From Chrysomallon squamiferum (lineage: Eukaryota > Animalia > Mollusca), in NCBI GenBank assembly GCA_012295275.1, contig CM022673.1, positions 10,912,001-10,976,000 of the forward strand: DNA of 64,000 bases, in the 5' to 3' direction. The notes under the pieces are model-generated. The model worked only from the letters and a program-made list of their open reading frames with translations, ran no database searches and was not told the origin of the DNA. Each line of letters begins with the position of its first letter. Within the stretch, counting starts at the first letter, position 1. Shown here piece by piece: positions 13,575-26,600 of the stretch. Position numbers and translations under genes: made by a program.

Positions 13575-15695
13575 ATATTTATTTATTTTATTTAATCGTA
13601 TTTTATTTTATTTTATTTTTTTTTTTATTCATGCTAAAGAGAACAAACTGAAGAACATGTGTCTTGTGTACACAAACAAGAAACTTGTGTTGTGTCTAAG
13701 TTTATGTTAGCATTAGTATCTTAAAGTCAGTGTGATTAGTTAGAGGGATAAAATAATATAATATATACCTTTCATGTTAGCTTAAGTTAGCTGTGTTACC
13801 AGTATTTGATTTTCTGATTAATTTTAAAACCTTTGGGATGAGTATATATTTACAACAAGGTTTGTTATTACTCAAAAATAGAAATTGATTGTATATTAGA
13901 TAAAACAAGATTGATTTACAGTGCATGCAGTAAATAATAATGATAAAAACTGAAATTATTTATTATAATTTATTATTCATATATTTATGACTATATTGGT
14001 TTATAAAATCACTGAGACATATTTTAAAATAAACAAGAATGATGCATTCTGTTTTCATTTTAACTGATATGATTCATTGGTTACTTTCTTAATTAGAAAG
14101 CTATAGTTATTGTGTGGGTTAAGGATGGCACCTATAATATAAATTAAAAGACTGAAATTTGCTTTATTAATTTATCTGACAAATTTCAGAAGACTGAAGA
14201 GGTAGTGATATCGTAATAATTTACTCAGTCTGTGGTGCATTTTTTCATTCCGATTTATTAAATAGTAGAATCACAGAAAACAAAATATTATCCCCTATGA
14301 ATCCTCAGTTGTTTGTTATTTAAGTGTTATACTTTATTATTAATAAATAGTGGTTGCTAATTTTAACTAACCTTGATTAAATAACCATTGGTACATTGTC
14401 ATTAGTCTTAGAGTTGAGCAACATTTAACTGTTTATGAGTTCCAAAATATCTACATAAGCTGGTGCAAGAGTAAATAGGGAATGCTCCTTAAAATAGGAT
14501 TTATTTGTGAAAGTCTCATTTAGAATTCCTTTTCAGTTTGTTAGAGGACATCTTTAAGAATTCAAACTGACTACTTAAGCAAAAATATTTGGAAATGTGC
14601 TAATCCATGCTAATTAAAGATTTAATTATTACAAAAAGGTCCATCTTTGAAACCAGATGTTAAATATACTGCATGGTCCCCAATTCAGAATGACCACTTT
14701 AAGAAAAGAAGAGAAAAAACCTGAAAAAAAGTATAGTAAAAGATAGCTTATTATTAATAGAATTTATTATTTCTGTATATTTAAATTCATTTTCTTAAAT
14801 TAATTATAGCTGTAATTATATTCACTTACAGCCCCCTTTTTAAATTAATATCTTATTTATAAAACTTGTCTGCTTTTTACGATTACTTACATCACTTCTG
14901 AGATAGTAAAAATCAATTACTATACATATTGATTTGACATTAACTTCCACAACCTTAATTTCTATAAACAATTTTTATTATAATGTATTATCTATAATTA
15001 CATTCATTAAGGATTTTTGCTTCTTCTTTTTCTTATTTGACCTAAAACTGCCTACAGTTTATACTGTTTCATTTGCTATTAGGAAAAAACCAATAATCAT
15101 TTTGCACAAAACACCGAAACCAAGACACTTTAATTATATCGCTGAAAAGAAAGATAAACATCATTTTCATTATAATTCTCACTGGCTAGATCCTGTTGCC
15201 ATGGCAAAGTAATTTTGGCCATACTCATAAAAAGCCAGTATTGATTTCTGTTTTCTGCATAATGTCATCTGCATTGCTGAATCCCTCTGTAAAAGATGTT
15301 TTGAGTGGATTGTTCGGACTATGTCTCACTGAAAGGAAAAAGAATCTAGCGTGAAAAACATGAATATCAGATATATATTAATTTCACATGTAATCTTTTT
15401 ATCATGCTAAATTGTCCTTCAGTTTCAGTGACCTTAAACTGATGGTGTAGGCATTGATTGTATTTCACTATCAGGCTATGTTTATGATCATTATGTTTGT
15501 ATAAGTGTCTTTGGGGGGGGGGGTAATTCTGTAAATGTTTTATTTTTTAAATTGTTCTTTATATGTATGCATGCATGTGTGCATGTGTGTGTTTGTATAT
15601 CTATATAGACACACACACACACACACACACACAGAAGAAATTCTAACTTTGTCTGATGTTTTTTATCTGATACATAATGCATTAGAAATGCTATT

Positions 15696-15738
<43 letters not shown>

Positions 15739-16609
15739 TTGTTGTTGTTGTTGTTATTACAGAAGTGTTATTACTAAAATTTGTATGTGTGTTTTGGACC
15801 CAATTTTTTATTTTGTTCACTATTTAAATTTGTAAATATATTCTCATTTAAGAAATATTAATTATATTACACACCCAAATGAAATAATCATCATTATTCA
15901 TGTTTCCTGTTTAACTAACAAATACCAGAAAGCTAAAGTTGAGTTAGAATGACTCAACAAATATAAATAATTTTTTTTTATAAATAAATAAATAATCAAA
16001 TTAAATTAAAAAATAATATATTTAAAATAATAATTTCAAAACTGGAGAACTAAATCTGCAACATATATATATATATATAATATTGACACAGGCATACTCA
16101 AAGAAAGGGAGAGAGGGGTACATCCAAATAGATATCTACTGTAAATTAATCATAGACATAAACAATCTTTCAGCATTAATTTTTTACATTAATCCTGTCT
16201 GTAAATAAAGTTAGTAACTGATATTAGACAGTCATTCAGAAGTGTTTTATGTTAATGTATGTTTCATGTTTAGTTTCAGAATGTTTACGCAAAGATACAA
16301 AAAAAAGAAAAAAGTAGAAAAAATATCTGTTACAAACATGCACAAGCACTTTGGTACACACGAGTACAGATATATGAAAACAATGTGAAAAGCTATTATT
16401 ACAGAAATATAAATGTTTACGTCAAATAATCTTACTAATGAGAACATTTAAATTATTTTTGTAACGATATTAAAAATAATGTAATTATTTTATTTAATAC
16501 TAAATTATAATTATTTATAATTATTTTAATTTTATGTCATTTTGTTTTCTTTTTATTATTATTATTTTTGTTGTTGTTGTTGTTGCTTTTTATTATGAAA
16601 GTAAATAGC

Positions 16610-16654
<45 letters not shown>

Positions 16655-17669
16655 ATGTGATGTATATATGTGGCAGTTTTTAATTCTGCTGGTTTGAAAT
16701 GAAATATCTCAAAAAATGTATCAAGAACATGTTATTTTGTGATTTAATTTGATTATATATATAATTAAATAAATATATATATTGTGTATATATATGTACA
16801 AGGGTGTGTGTGTGGGTGTGCATGTATATGTGTGTATATATTCCATAGTTTTTTTTCTGTTTTTTAATTATTACTTTTTCACTGTTTCTCTTTTTTTTTT
16901 TTTTTAATGTTAAGAAAAAGAAATCAGATAATGTATATAAGTCACACATATAAAACATTTCAGAAAATGAGTCCAGCAAAGGATTATATGGTTTATTGAT
17001 TTTTTTTTCTCTGGTGCCTAGGCAACGGCATTCATAATTTGCCAGCAAAACCAATCAATCTTAACATCCTTCTGGAACTGATGTGGTGGTATTAGGATAA
17101 AACACTCAATGTCCTGTCAGTTGGAATTGGCTTTACATTAATTTAAAAATAGATTTTCTCTAAATATGCTGGACAGGTTTTAATTTTCTTATTCATTGCC
17201 TGCATTAATTTTATTTAACATATCATTTGTGTATGGTTATGGTTCGAAGTATTAGTTTTCATTAATATTCATGTAAAATTATTTCCATCTACCATATTTT
17301 ATGGTAATAGATGTAAATGATATTATAAGTGAAAACAAATTAATTATTTATATGTGTTTATTTTATGATAATAGTAACAGCAAATGATACAAGCAGGACT
17401 GTTAATGTTTTGTGATTGTAGTAATTGAATGCAGTTTAAGAAAAGCTAAGATTGCTTTCAAGTTGATGTATTTTTGTTATTTATTTTGTTAATAATAATG
17501 AAAAGTGATATGATCAAGATGTTCTGTGTTTATTTTATTTATATCAGCCTGTATGTTTTACTTTATATGAAAGTAGAAGTAAATAATTTGAGCAAAACAG
17601 ATACATACCTGTAAATACATACCTATCCACACACATACACACATTCACATACACATTTACATGTGAGAA

Positions 17670-17700
<31 letters not shown>

Positions 17701-17780
17701 ATGCTTTTTAGTAAGTATTTTTAATAAATAAATTTATCTTCCTTTCTTTTCAGATATACACACACGTGGGCACACATATG

Positions 17781-17826
<46 letters not shown>

Positions 17827-18635
17827 TTGTAATTAACTTGTTACATCTAATTACAAAGAGATAAAAGTACTGTGACATATGGTCCATAAATATGAACATT
17901 CATAAAATATTGATTTGTCTCCGTTACATTTCATGACAAAAGTTTTACATTAATTCCAATTGTTAATGAAATGGATTTACCAAAGCATGGATTATTTATG
18001 AATTTGCATAATTAATGATAAGGAGTACCATTAGTTCTCATTTTACAAATACTTTCTGCATCAGTAAACACTATCCCTACTATTACAAGCATCAAAAGAG
18101 AACATTTATTATTATCATTACTACTAGTGATGATTCATTCTGGGGAAGATACAAAGATAAAAATATAATTATTTTTATCGACATTTGGAACAGAAACTAA
18201 TACCAGGAATGGTTTACCGATTTTTTGTTTTAAAATGGTTATTTGACAAGAAGCATTGTTTGCATATCTAAGTATAGGAGACACACACATACACACACAT
18301 ACATATACACAACACATTCACCTTATTATCATGTAAAACAAAACAAAAACAAAAACAACAAATCATACTGTTTTAGCATTTTAATATATTTCCATAATAA
18401 TAATTCTTCATGGTTTGTGAAAAGATTAGCTCTGCCATATCAATTCTAATGTTGGTGATCCTGTCAAAATATATTACCTCATACAGTCTGCAAGCAGTAA
18501 ATATCAATATTCACTATCTGTAGCCAAAATTATTACCACAGTGATTCAAGCTGAGAATACTGATTGTATTACATAATCAGGACTTATTTTCTATACCCAT
18601 ACCTGGAACCAGTGGACCAGATTTATATAAGTATA

Positions 18636-18638
<3 letters not shown>

Positions 18639-18712
<74 letters not shown>
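18639..18712. repeat. (GA)n microsatellite
   Basis: Direct inspection. Confidence 0.95.
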
Positions 18713-18716
<4 letters not shown>

Positions 18717-19949
18717 GATTTAGAATATCTTTCTAAATAATAACTCTTTATGTGTATGTATGTTAAAATCTTGAGATGAATACTTTTAAAATACTTTATG
18801 AATATTTATTTTTAAACATAATAATAATAAAACCTGATAACATAAGACTTATTTCTTTAAATTTGAAGAATTCTTTTTCTCCTGTTCCAGTACTGATATT
18901 CAAACTATGTGTTGCCTTAATGTGTTTTATTTATTTTAGACATAAAATTAAAACTACAAAAACATAAATATAAATAAATATTTGTTTAAAGTGGAGCATA
19001 TTGTTTATCTGTTTAACCATATTACCAGTGTAAGTAATAACAAATAAATAAAACAATTACTTTACGCTATAATGAATCTGTTCCATTTCAGTGAAGTAAT
19101 TTATTTAATACAATTAAATATACATGACAGTGTTCTGAACAAGTTATTACAAGATCAATACACCATTTTGTTATTCACATATTTCTAAATATAACAGTCT
19201 AAGAATATATAAACATCTTAAAATATAAAGCATGAGAAAGTGATGTGAAATTAGAAATTGATATTTTTCATGCTATTATTAGAAATGATGTGAAATAAAT
19301 ATATATATATCCAGGAAAAAAACAAAATGTTTTTTATTCTTGTTATTTAAAAACAAAATAAAGAAAGCATCTGACTCATAGATGTGTCATTGATTGATGC
19401 ACACCTTAATTTATTTCTTGGGATCTGTCATTCATATAACTGCATAATGAAAGAAAAACACACATACACACACATACACACTACACACACATTCATGCAT
19501 ATACTCAAGAACTCAGAAATGTACCTATAGTGTTAACTATTGTCATGCTTAAATGTATTTTATACTTTATGGTTTTATTATCAAATTCTTATCACAATTT
19601 AATAATGGGTTTATATATGTGTGTGTGTGAGTGTCATTGTGTGATAAACCCAAATATACTTTTACCCTTGGTAATATATATATATAAATCTAGTTATTTT
19701 GCTCATAACTTTAAATAAATTTTAATAAACAATACATTATCAATAAAGAAACATTCCTTTTATGCTTTTAACATAATTATATACATAATTAAATTAATTT
19801 ATTTCATAAATAACAAAACAATCTAAAGAAGAATCTAAAAAAAACCATGTGAAAACTTGTTAATTTAAAAATGGGTGGTCCATACTGTATTAACGTAACC
19901 CTGTGTGTGTGTATTAATTCTTACATTGATTTTAAAACATCTGCCATTA

Positions 19950-20228
19950 TGTGCATGCATGCAGAGCATTCCTGCAGTTGACAGCTTTGCTCTTCAAACA
20001 TTCAGTTCCAGTGCCTAAATTAATCTTGTTTCCCTTGACTCCCAGATTGCACTGCCCTGACAGCATTGATCATTATACAAGAGATTGGCCAGTATTGAAT
20101 CCATGGAGCAGGAATGAAATTGCTCTTGGCAAACGAACCCTGGTTGGTTCCCGGCTTCATCTTATTGACGAGTCACTGTTCTCCTAGTCTGTGCGCGCAC
20201 TCTGCAGCATTGGATATTATTATGACAG
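19950..20228 (+). promoter_or_regulatory. Putative proximal POU6 promoter and 5' exon
   Basis: GC-enriched block with an inverted CCAAT (GATTGG ~20083), TGCGCGCA (~20192) and a donor CAG|GTAGGG at 20228. An acceptor ttttgcag at 20539 precedes the ATG exon. Confidence 0.45.
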
Positions 20229-20601
20229 GTAGGGACATTATAATAATCACACATTGTTCAATGTAATATTCACATAAACTACTGGATGAATTAATAATTA
20301 AGCAACAGGGTTAGTTTTAAATTATAAATTTGAGGGAAAAAAAAAAATAAAAAGAAGAAGTAAGAAAAAGAAAAAGAAAAATGGGAATGAAAAATAGCAG
20401 TGTTATTTAGGTGGTTGTGGGAATAATTTTTTTATCTATACGCTTTTAATCTTTGTTTGGACATAACCATTTGTTGCTTGGATGGAATCTCTACACTTGT
20501 TGCCACGATGACTCAGAGAGCAATGTTGTTGTTTTGCAGAGTACCTTCCTGGGATTCTGGGACACTAATTCCAAGACCAGGGGGCAGCGTCTGACACCAA
20601 C

Positions 20602-23600
20602 ATGGACACTGACTCCAACGATGCCACTGCCACAGAGAGCCTCAATGGTGAGACGAAGCCAGACCCGGCTAAACTCGCCCAGACTGCCATAATAAAACAG
20701 GTAGGTGTTTCTTTCCTGCCTCTCTCAGGTGATCACATTTTATGCAGGTAATAATCAAAGCTCATTAACAAATCTATGTTAATAATATGTAACTTCTGCC
20801 ACCCCTGTTTCTTGCCGTGTCGAGCAAGGAAAGGTTCTGTTCATTAATTCATGCATGTAAAAAATGCTGGAGACATTTTCTGTGGAGAGTTTGCGACTGG
20901 AATTTTTCTTGCCATATGGTGGCAGAACTGCGTAATTTCGAATGACCACTGAGGGCAGGGCAGCAGGGATGGGTTTAGCCAGGTACGATGTTATGTTGAT
21001 TTGGACATAAACAGTTTGCATTATTATCTTGCATCCATGATGAGTAATTTATCGTAATGTAAACCATTTCCTGAAATTATAGTTCTCCACTGCCAGCAAG
21101 ACAACAGTGCTTCGATGTAAAATATTTATACCAACTAATTGAAAGAAAAAAAAAACAATAACAAAAATTAGCTCATATTATCTTGGTTTTTTTTTTTTTT
21201 TAATACCAAATTCAGTTATTTGTTATTGTTTTTAATTGGGATTCGTTTTGCCTCATGGTGGATTTTATGAATCTTTTGTGTTTGTTACGTGAATTTTTTT
21301 TGACTTTGCTCAGCATGTAGTTAGATGATTGAGGCTTTTGTTGCAGCTGTACACATGATTGTTTTTCATTGATTAACTTTCACTTGTGCTGATTGCTATT
21401 CTGTTTGACAAATATGGGGTAGACAAACATACTCACAGCCATCATATTATTTTATAAAATTTATAAGCACGTTTATCAAGCATTATCTTTTATATGCTGC
21501 TGAAATGCATTTTTTGTGTCCATGTAATTTGACTTTTGTTGTGTGTATTTGTTTGTTTGTTGTTGTTGTTTTTTTGTTTGCTTTTTGTGGATTTTTTCCA
21601 GTATGTATTCATATAAATTTTAAATAATAATAATACTAATAATAAATTTATTTAAAAATTTCCTAAAAATTCTACAGTTTATTTTCCCTCTATATTACAA
21701 TAAAGTATGTGCAGTTGTATATTTTCTGTGTGTGTGATCACGCCTGTTTGCATTTGCAAGTAATCATGGTTGTGTGTGTAATATTTAAATGCACGCATGT
21801 TTTTATGTGTGTAGTTAAACAAGTAACTAATATAATAAGAATAATATTGTTATAATATACGTTTTTTAAAATGATATTAAAATATTTATTAATGTAGTGA
21901 AAATGTGCATTAAATATAAAGATAATTTTAACTTGTATTTATAATTTTAATTTTTATTTTTTTTTATTATTTTTTATTTTTTTTAAATTTTGATATATTT
22001 AGTAATTTACTGGGGTTTTTTTTACCACTTTTTTTTATTTGTTTTTTTTTTTTTTACCAACATTTGTAAAATGTAAATACTTTCAAAATACATTTTTAGA
22101 AATATAAAACACAAATTATTTTTTTAAGTTTGAAATTATATATATATATGCCAGTAACCAAATATATTATAATTTATTAAATTAGATTTATTAATTACCA
22201 GTCGTGTAGTACAGAAACTACTGTGCTGAGTAAACTGTATTTTATTCAAAGAAATGTGGTTGTGGTGTTTGGAATACAATTTCACACAGCTAAATAATCA
22301 AAACAAATTATATAAACATAGTCAGAGATATTGTTATTACTGAGTTCTGTTGGTTAATATTAACTTTGTTTGTTTGTTTCTTCTTTTATTTCTTTGTTTG
22401 TTTGTTTGTTTGTTTGTTTTGTTTTGTTTTAATTTAATTATTGTCAGTTTGTAAAAAGAAATTTTGTTTCTTTTCTGTCACATTATTTTTCAAACCATAT
22501 ATATTTTCTATTTTTATGGTATAACTCAACAAACATACTAGAACAATTAGGAAATATTCATTTGAATTACTGTTGATTCATATTTTTCTTTTTTATTTAT
22601 TTTATATCTAAATATAATTACTCTTTTCATGGCTCTTTTGTTCTGTTCTTTTTTCTTTCTTGTTTTTTCTGGTTGTTTTTCCCCTTTTTTTAATCAACAA
22701 TTATTTCATATTCTAACCTCAAATTCCAGTATATTTCAGGTTCCAGAATCTCACATAATTTTATTATTTCTTCTAACTTATTTTATATTCTCACATTTTC
22801 TGCAAGAAAATATATAAATTTTATTACTATTTACAGTTTATTTCATCATCAAACCCATAAATTATGTTACTCTCTCCAGTTTATCTCACATAATTCCATT
22901 ATCTCTTCTAATTTATTTTTATATTCTCACATTTTCTGCGACTAAATAAATAAATTTTATTATTCTCTATAATTTATTTCATGTTGCAGCTCATAAATTC
23001 TGTTACTCTTTTCAATATATTTCAAGGTTCCAAATTTCTACCTAATTTCATTATTCTCTCTTCTGACATCTTCTGAAAAACAAATGCATAAATTTTGTTG
23101 TTCTTTACAATTCAATTCATGTTTCAACCCAGCAAATTCTGTTATTTTATGTCCCAACATTTCTCCACAATCTGTTCTGCTACGGGTCACCTTGTTACAA
23201 GTGGTTCCACATTCCTTTTCTCATCTGCAGAACTAGAAATATTGATTTCTTCAAGCTCATACCCTTCCTGATACTAAACTCTATTGATCTGGGCTTGGAA
23301 TATTGCAAGCTTGTTTGTACTTTAAGGGCCAGTCCTAATCAGTTTTACTTTGAATGCAGTTATTGGTTTAATAGTTTGTGACAGATCGGAGAATAGAGTG
23401 TAGGAGAAAAAGAGCTTATTTAAATTCTTGTTTTTGTATTTACTTTTTTGAAAAAAAAAAAGAGAAAAAAAAGTAAATGGAAGAAGATCAAATAAATGTG
23501 TTTATTTATTTACTTACTCACTTACTTATTTGTTTATTTATTTATCTATCTGTTTATTTACTTACTTATTTATTTATTTACTTATTTATTTATTTTCTTA

Positions 23601-26600
23601 TTTTTTTTATATATTTATTTATAAATAATATCCAAACCTTTTATACCACAGACACATATAACTAAGATAAAAACTCCTTGTATTGATTGTTATATAATTA
23701 GCCAAACAAATTCAATACAGCCAAATTCTGCTTGACCTATTTTTCATGCATCATTTTCCTTTACAAGGACATTGGAGTTGTTTTGTTTGTTTTTTGTTTT
23801 TTGTTTTTATTTTAATTTTTTATTTTTGTTCTTGTTATTGTTTTCTTTGTTTATTGAAAGATCTCGGAACAGAACATTTTCATAATAATTGTAATATAAT
23901 ACTGAATAAACAAATACATAAATGAATATTTGTTTAACATCATCTCAAAGTATTTGTAATTTTGTTATTAGATATCAAAGGTATAGTTTTCATATAATGG
24001 TGATTAGTGATAGGAAACATTCTGCTGCCATTCCTCAGAGTGAGCAAAAGAAATCTTATAATACCACTAATTTAGGTCATTAAAAAAATGCATTGAGTTA
24101 GTTACGCATACACACACAAACACATGCACGCATGCATGCACACACACACACACTCACTTTATCTAGCGTTAAACTGATATATTTTTTAAGTTGACATTTT
24201 GGTGTTTTTTTTTAGAAAAGCTTTGTATAAATTTATCTCACTTTAAAATAATAAAGCGATGGAGATGTTCTTTTAAATCTCAGTTTCAAATAAAATTACC
24301 AGTAATTTAAATTTTTGTATCAATTTGCAATTAGTGACAATAAGATAGAAAGGTGTTTTATAAATCTCACAACTTTGAATGAATAGACAAGAAACTTTTC
24401 TTTTAGGAAAGATTCACATCAGTTATCTCACTTTACAAGTTACAAAGGGAGAATAATATTCTTTTAATAAGTTAACCATTGTTTTTGTTTAAGTTTCATA
24501 TCAGTTCACCATTTTGGACAAGGAGAGATATGTTTTCTTTTAAATCACACAGCTTTGAATAAACAGACCAAAATTTGTTTCTTTTAGAAAAGCTTCATGT
24601 CATTTTATCTCACTTTACAAATGGAAAAAGATATGTTTTGATTTTTGCAACTTTTAAGAAATTAACTAATAATTTAGTTTAAGTTTTATATCATTTTATC
24701 TCACTTTACAGTTACAAATGGACAAGGATGGTTTTTAAATTTTTCAGTTTTTAATAAATTAACTAATGACTTTGTTTAAATTTCACATCTCACTTTACAG
24801 GATGTTATGCTCTCGGCTACCACAAGCCAGTCCCCGCTGGCAACAGCATCGTCAGTGTTCACGATGCCAACAGTGTCAGTCCCAAATGTGTCAATGGCAT
24901 CAGCGGCAGGGCTCGGCCTCTCCGATCACCTCTTCATGTCAGTGTCATCAGCTTCGGACACAGCATCATCAGCAGTGGATCATCACAAACATGAATCCAA
25001 TGGTAAGTTGTGTTGACGTTCTCAGAGTTTAGTTGTGTTTGTTGTTGTTTCTGTTTGCCCATATCAGTATTTATTTTTAAAATGGTACAATTTATCTTTA
25101 TTAATTTTAAAACAGAATTTTTATCTTGATTAATCTTAAAATAGCAATTTCTATATTAGCAGTTTTTGAGTTGTTTTGAAGTCATTGCAGTTTTAAACTT
25201 TTACTTCTGTCTTTGAATTTTTAAAAACTGTTTCAGTTGTCATCTCTATTTTTTAAACTTTGACTGTTATTTGACATATGTACACTTTTAACACATTTCT
25301 ATCTTTGAATTTTTAAGACAAATTTATGTTGACATTATAATATTTAAAATTGTTACTTCCGTTTTCATAAAACTGAAGAATATTAGTTTTGTAAGTTTTA
25401 CAAAGTCTTTTATATACAATCTGTCTCAGAAAACCTACCTACTACCTAAATGTGTCTTCATTTATTTATTATAATAAAGAATTGCATGAATAATTTTATT
25501 CTGTGAGAGTATATCATTACAGTGTCCAATATTTTGAACTTTAAATGGTTACTGATGTAAAATTCTCAGATATATTTAAATGAAGAACACAGGCAGTGTT
25601 ATTAAAGCATCCTCTTTTTGAGAAATAAAGACTTGCTTTTGATTTGAAACAGGTTGAATCTGATGATTTTTATCATTATAATAACAAGTATTTGATACTC
25701 TGACATGTTTAATAAAAAAAAAAAAAATTTCAAGTGACATTAAAAAAATAATAATAATTGATTTATTAAAAAAAAAAATGTTTATCTAAGTCACAACACA
25801 GAAAGGGTAATTATCTTTTCATTTTTATTATTATTATTTTTTTTTTTCATCTCAGGAATCCATTCTCTTTCCAACCCCACCCAGTTGCTGGGGCAACCCC
25901 AAGTCGCTCCTCAGTTCTTCCTGGCTAGTCAGTCAGCAGCTGCAGCCGCAGCATCAGCAGGGACAGGGCAGCTTCCCATTCAGCAACTTCTGATTCCAGT
26001 GAGCACAGGTAAGTGTGATCAAATTAACTTGGAAGGGTGGGAAGAGGAGTGTGCCTAATGTTTTGTTTGTAAAATGAAAACAAATATTTAACTTGTATAC
26101 AAGTTAATCAGTTACATTTGTGGTAAATGGCTCTGCATAGAATTGCTGTTTATAAATCTTCAATTCTAAAGTAGTAAAAGCCATAAAGTTTTTAACTTAC
26201 AGTTTGCCTTACACTCATCTTGTCTTTTTATGTATAGGAATTACAAGATAGATTTAAAGGATGTGTATTCTTAAAATGCAGTAAACAAAGACGATTTTTT
26301 TTTTTTTTTACAGATGTTTTAAAGTATTTTAATCATAAAACATTCTTGCTAATTTATCTTGCTGTCAATCTAAAATACAGAATTCTGTCAAATAAAACAC
26401 ACACATATGTACACACCATACACAAGATGTAATCTATTCTATACATAATTTAAAAACGTGATTATCTCCATACACACTTTAAACACATCCCTGTTCCAAG
26501 CACACTTCATCCATCATGCATTGTTAATTTTAATTATTTTTTTTCTCCTCTTTTCCTTTAACAGGAAATGGTACACAACAGTTCATCAGTATCCCTGTTT

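Noticed and set aside
17674-17820. (TG)n...(CA)n fold-backs (also ~15570-15632 and 37843-37902)
   Set aside because: Expected by chance given the density of TG/CA microsatellites
10565-20850. Octamer ATGCAAAT (10565) and POU6-type CTCATTA (20761) as autoregulatory sites
   Set aside because: AT-rich motifs are too frequent by chance at this base composition to support without conservation data
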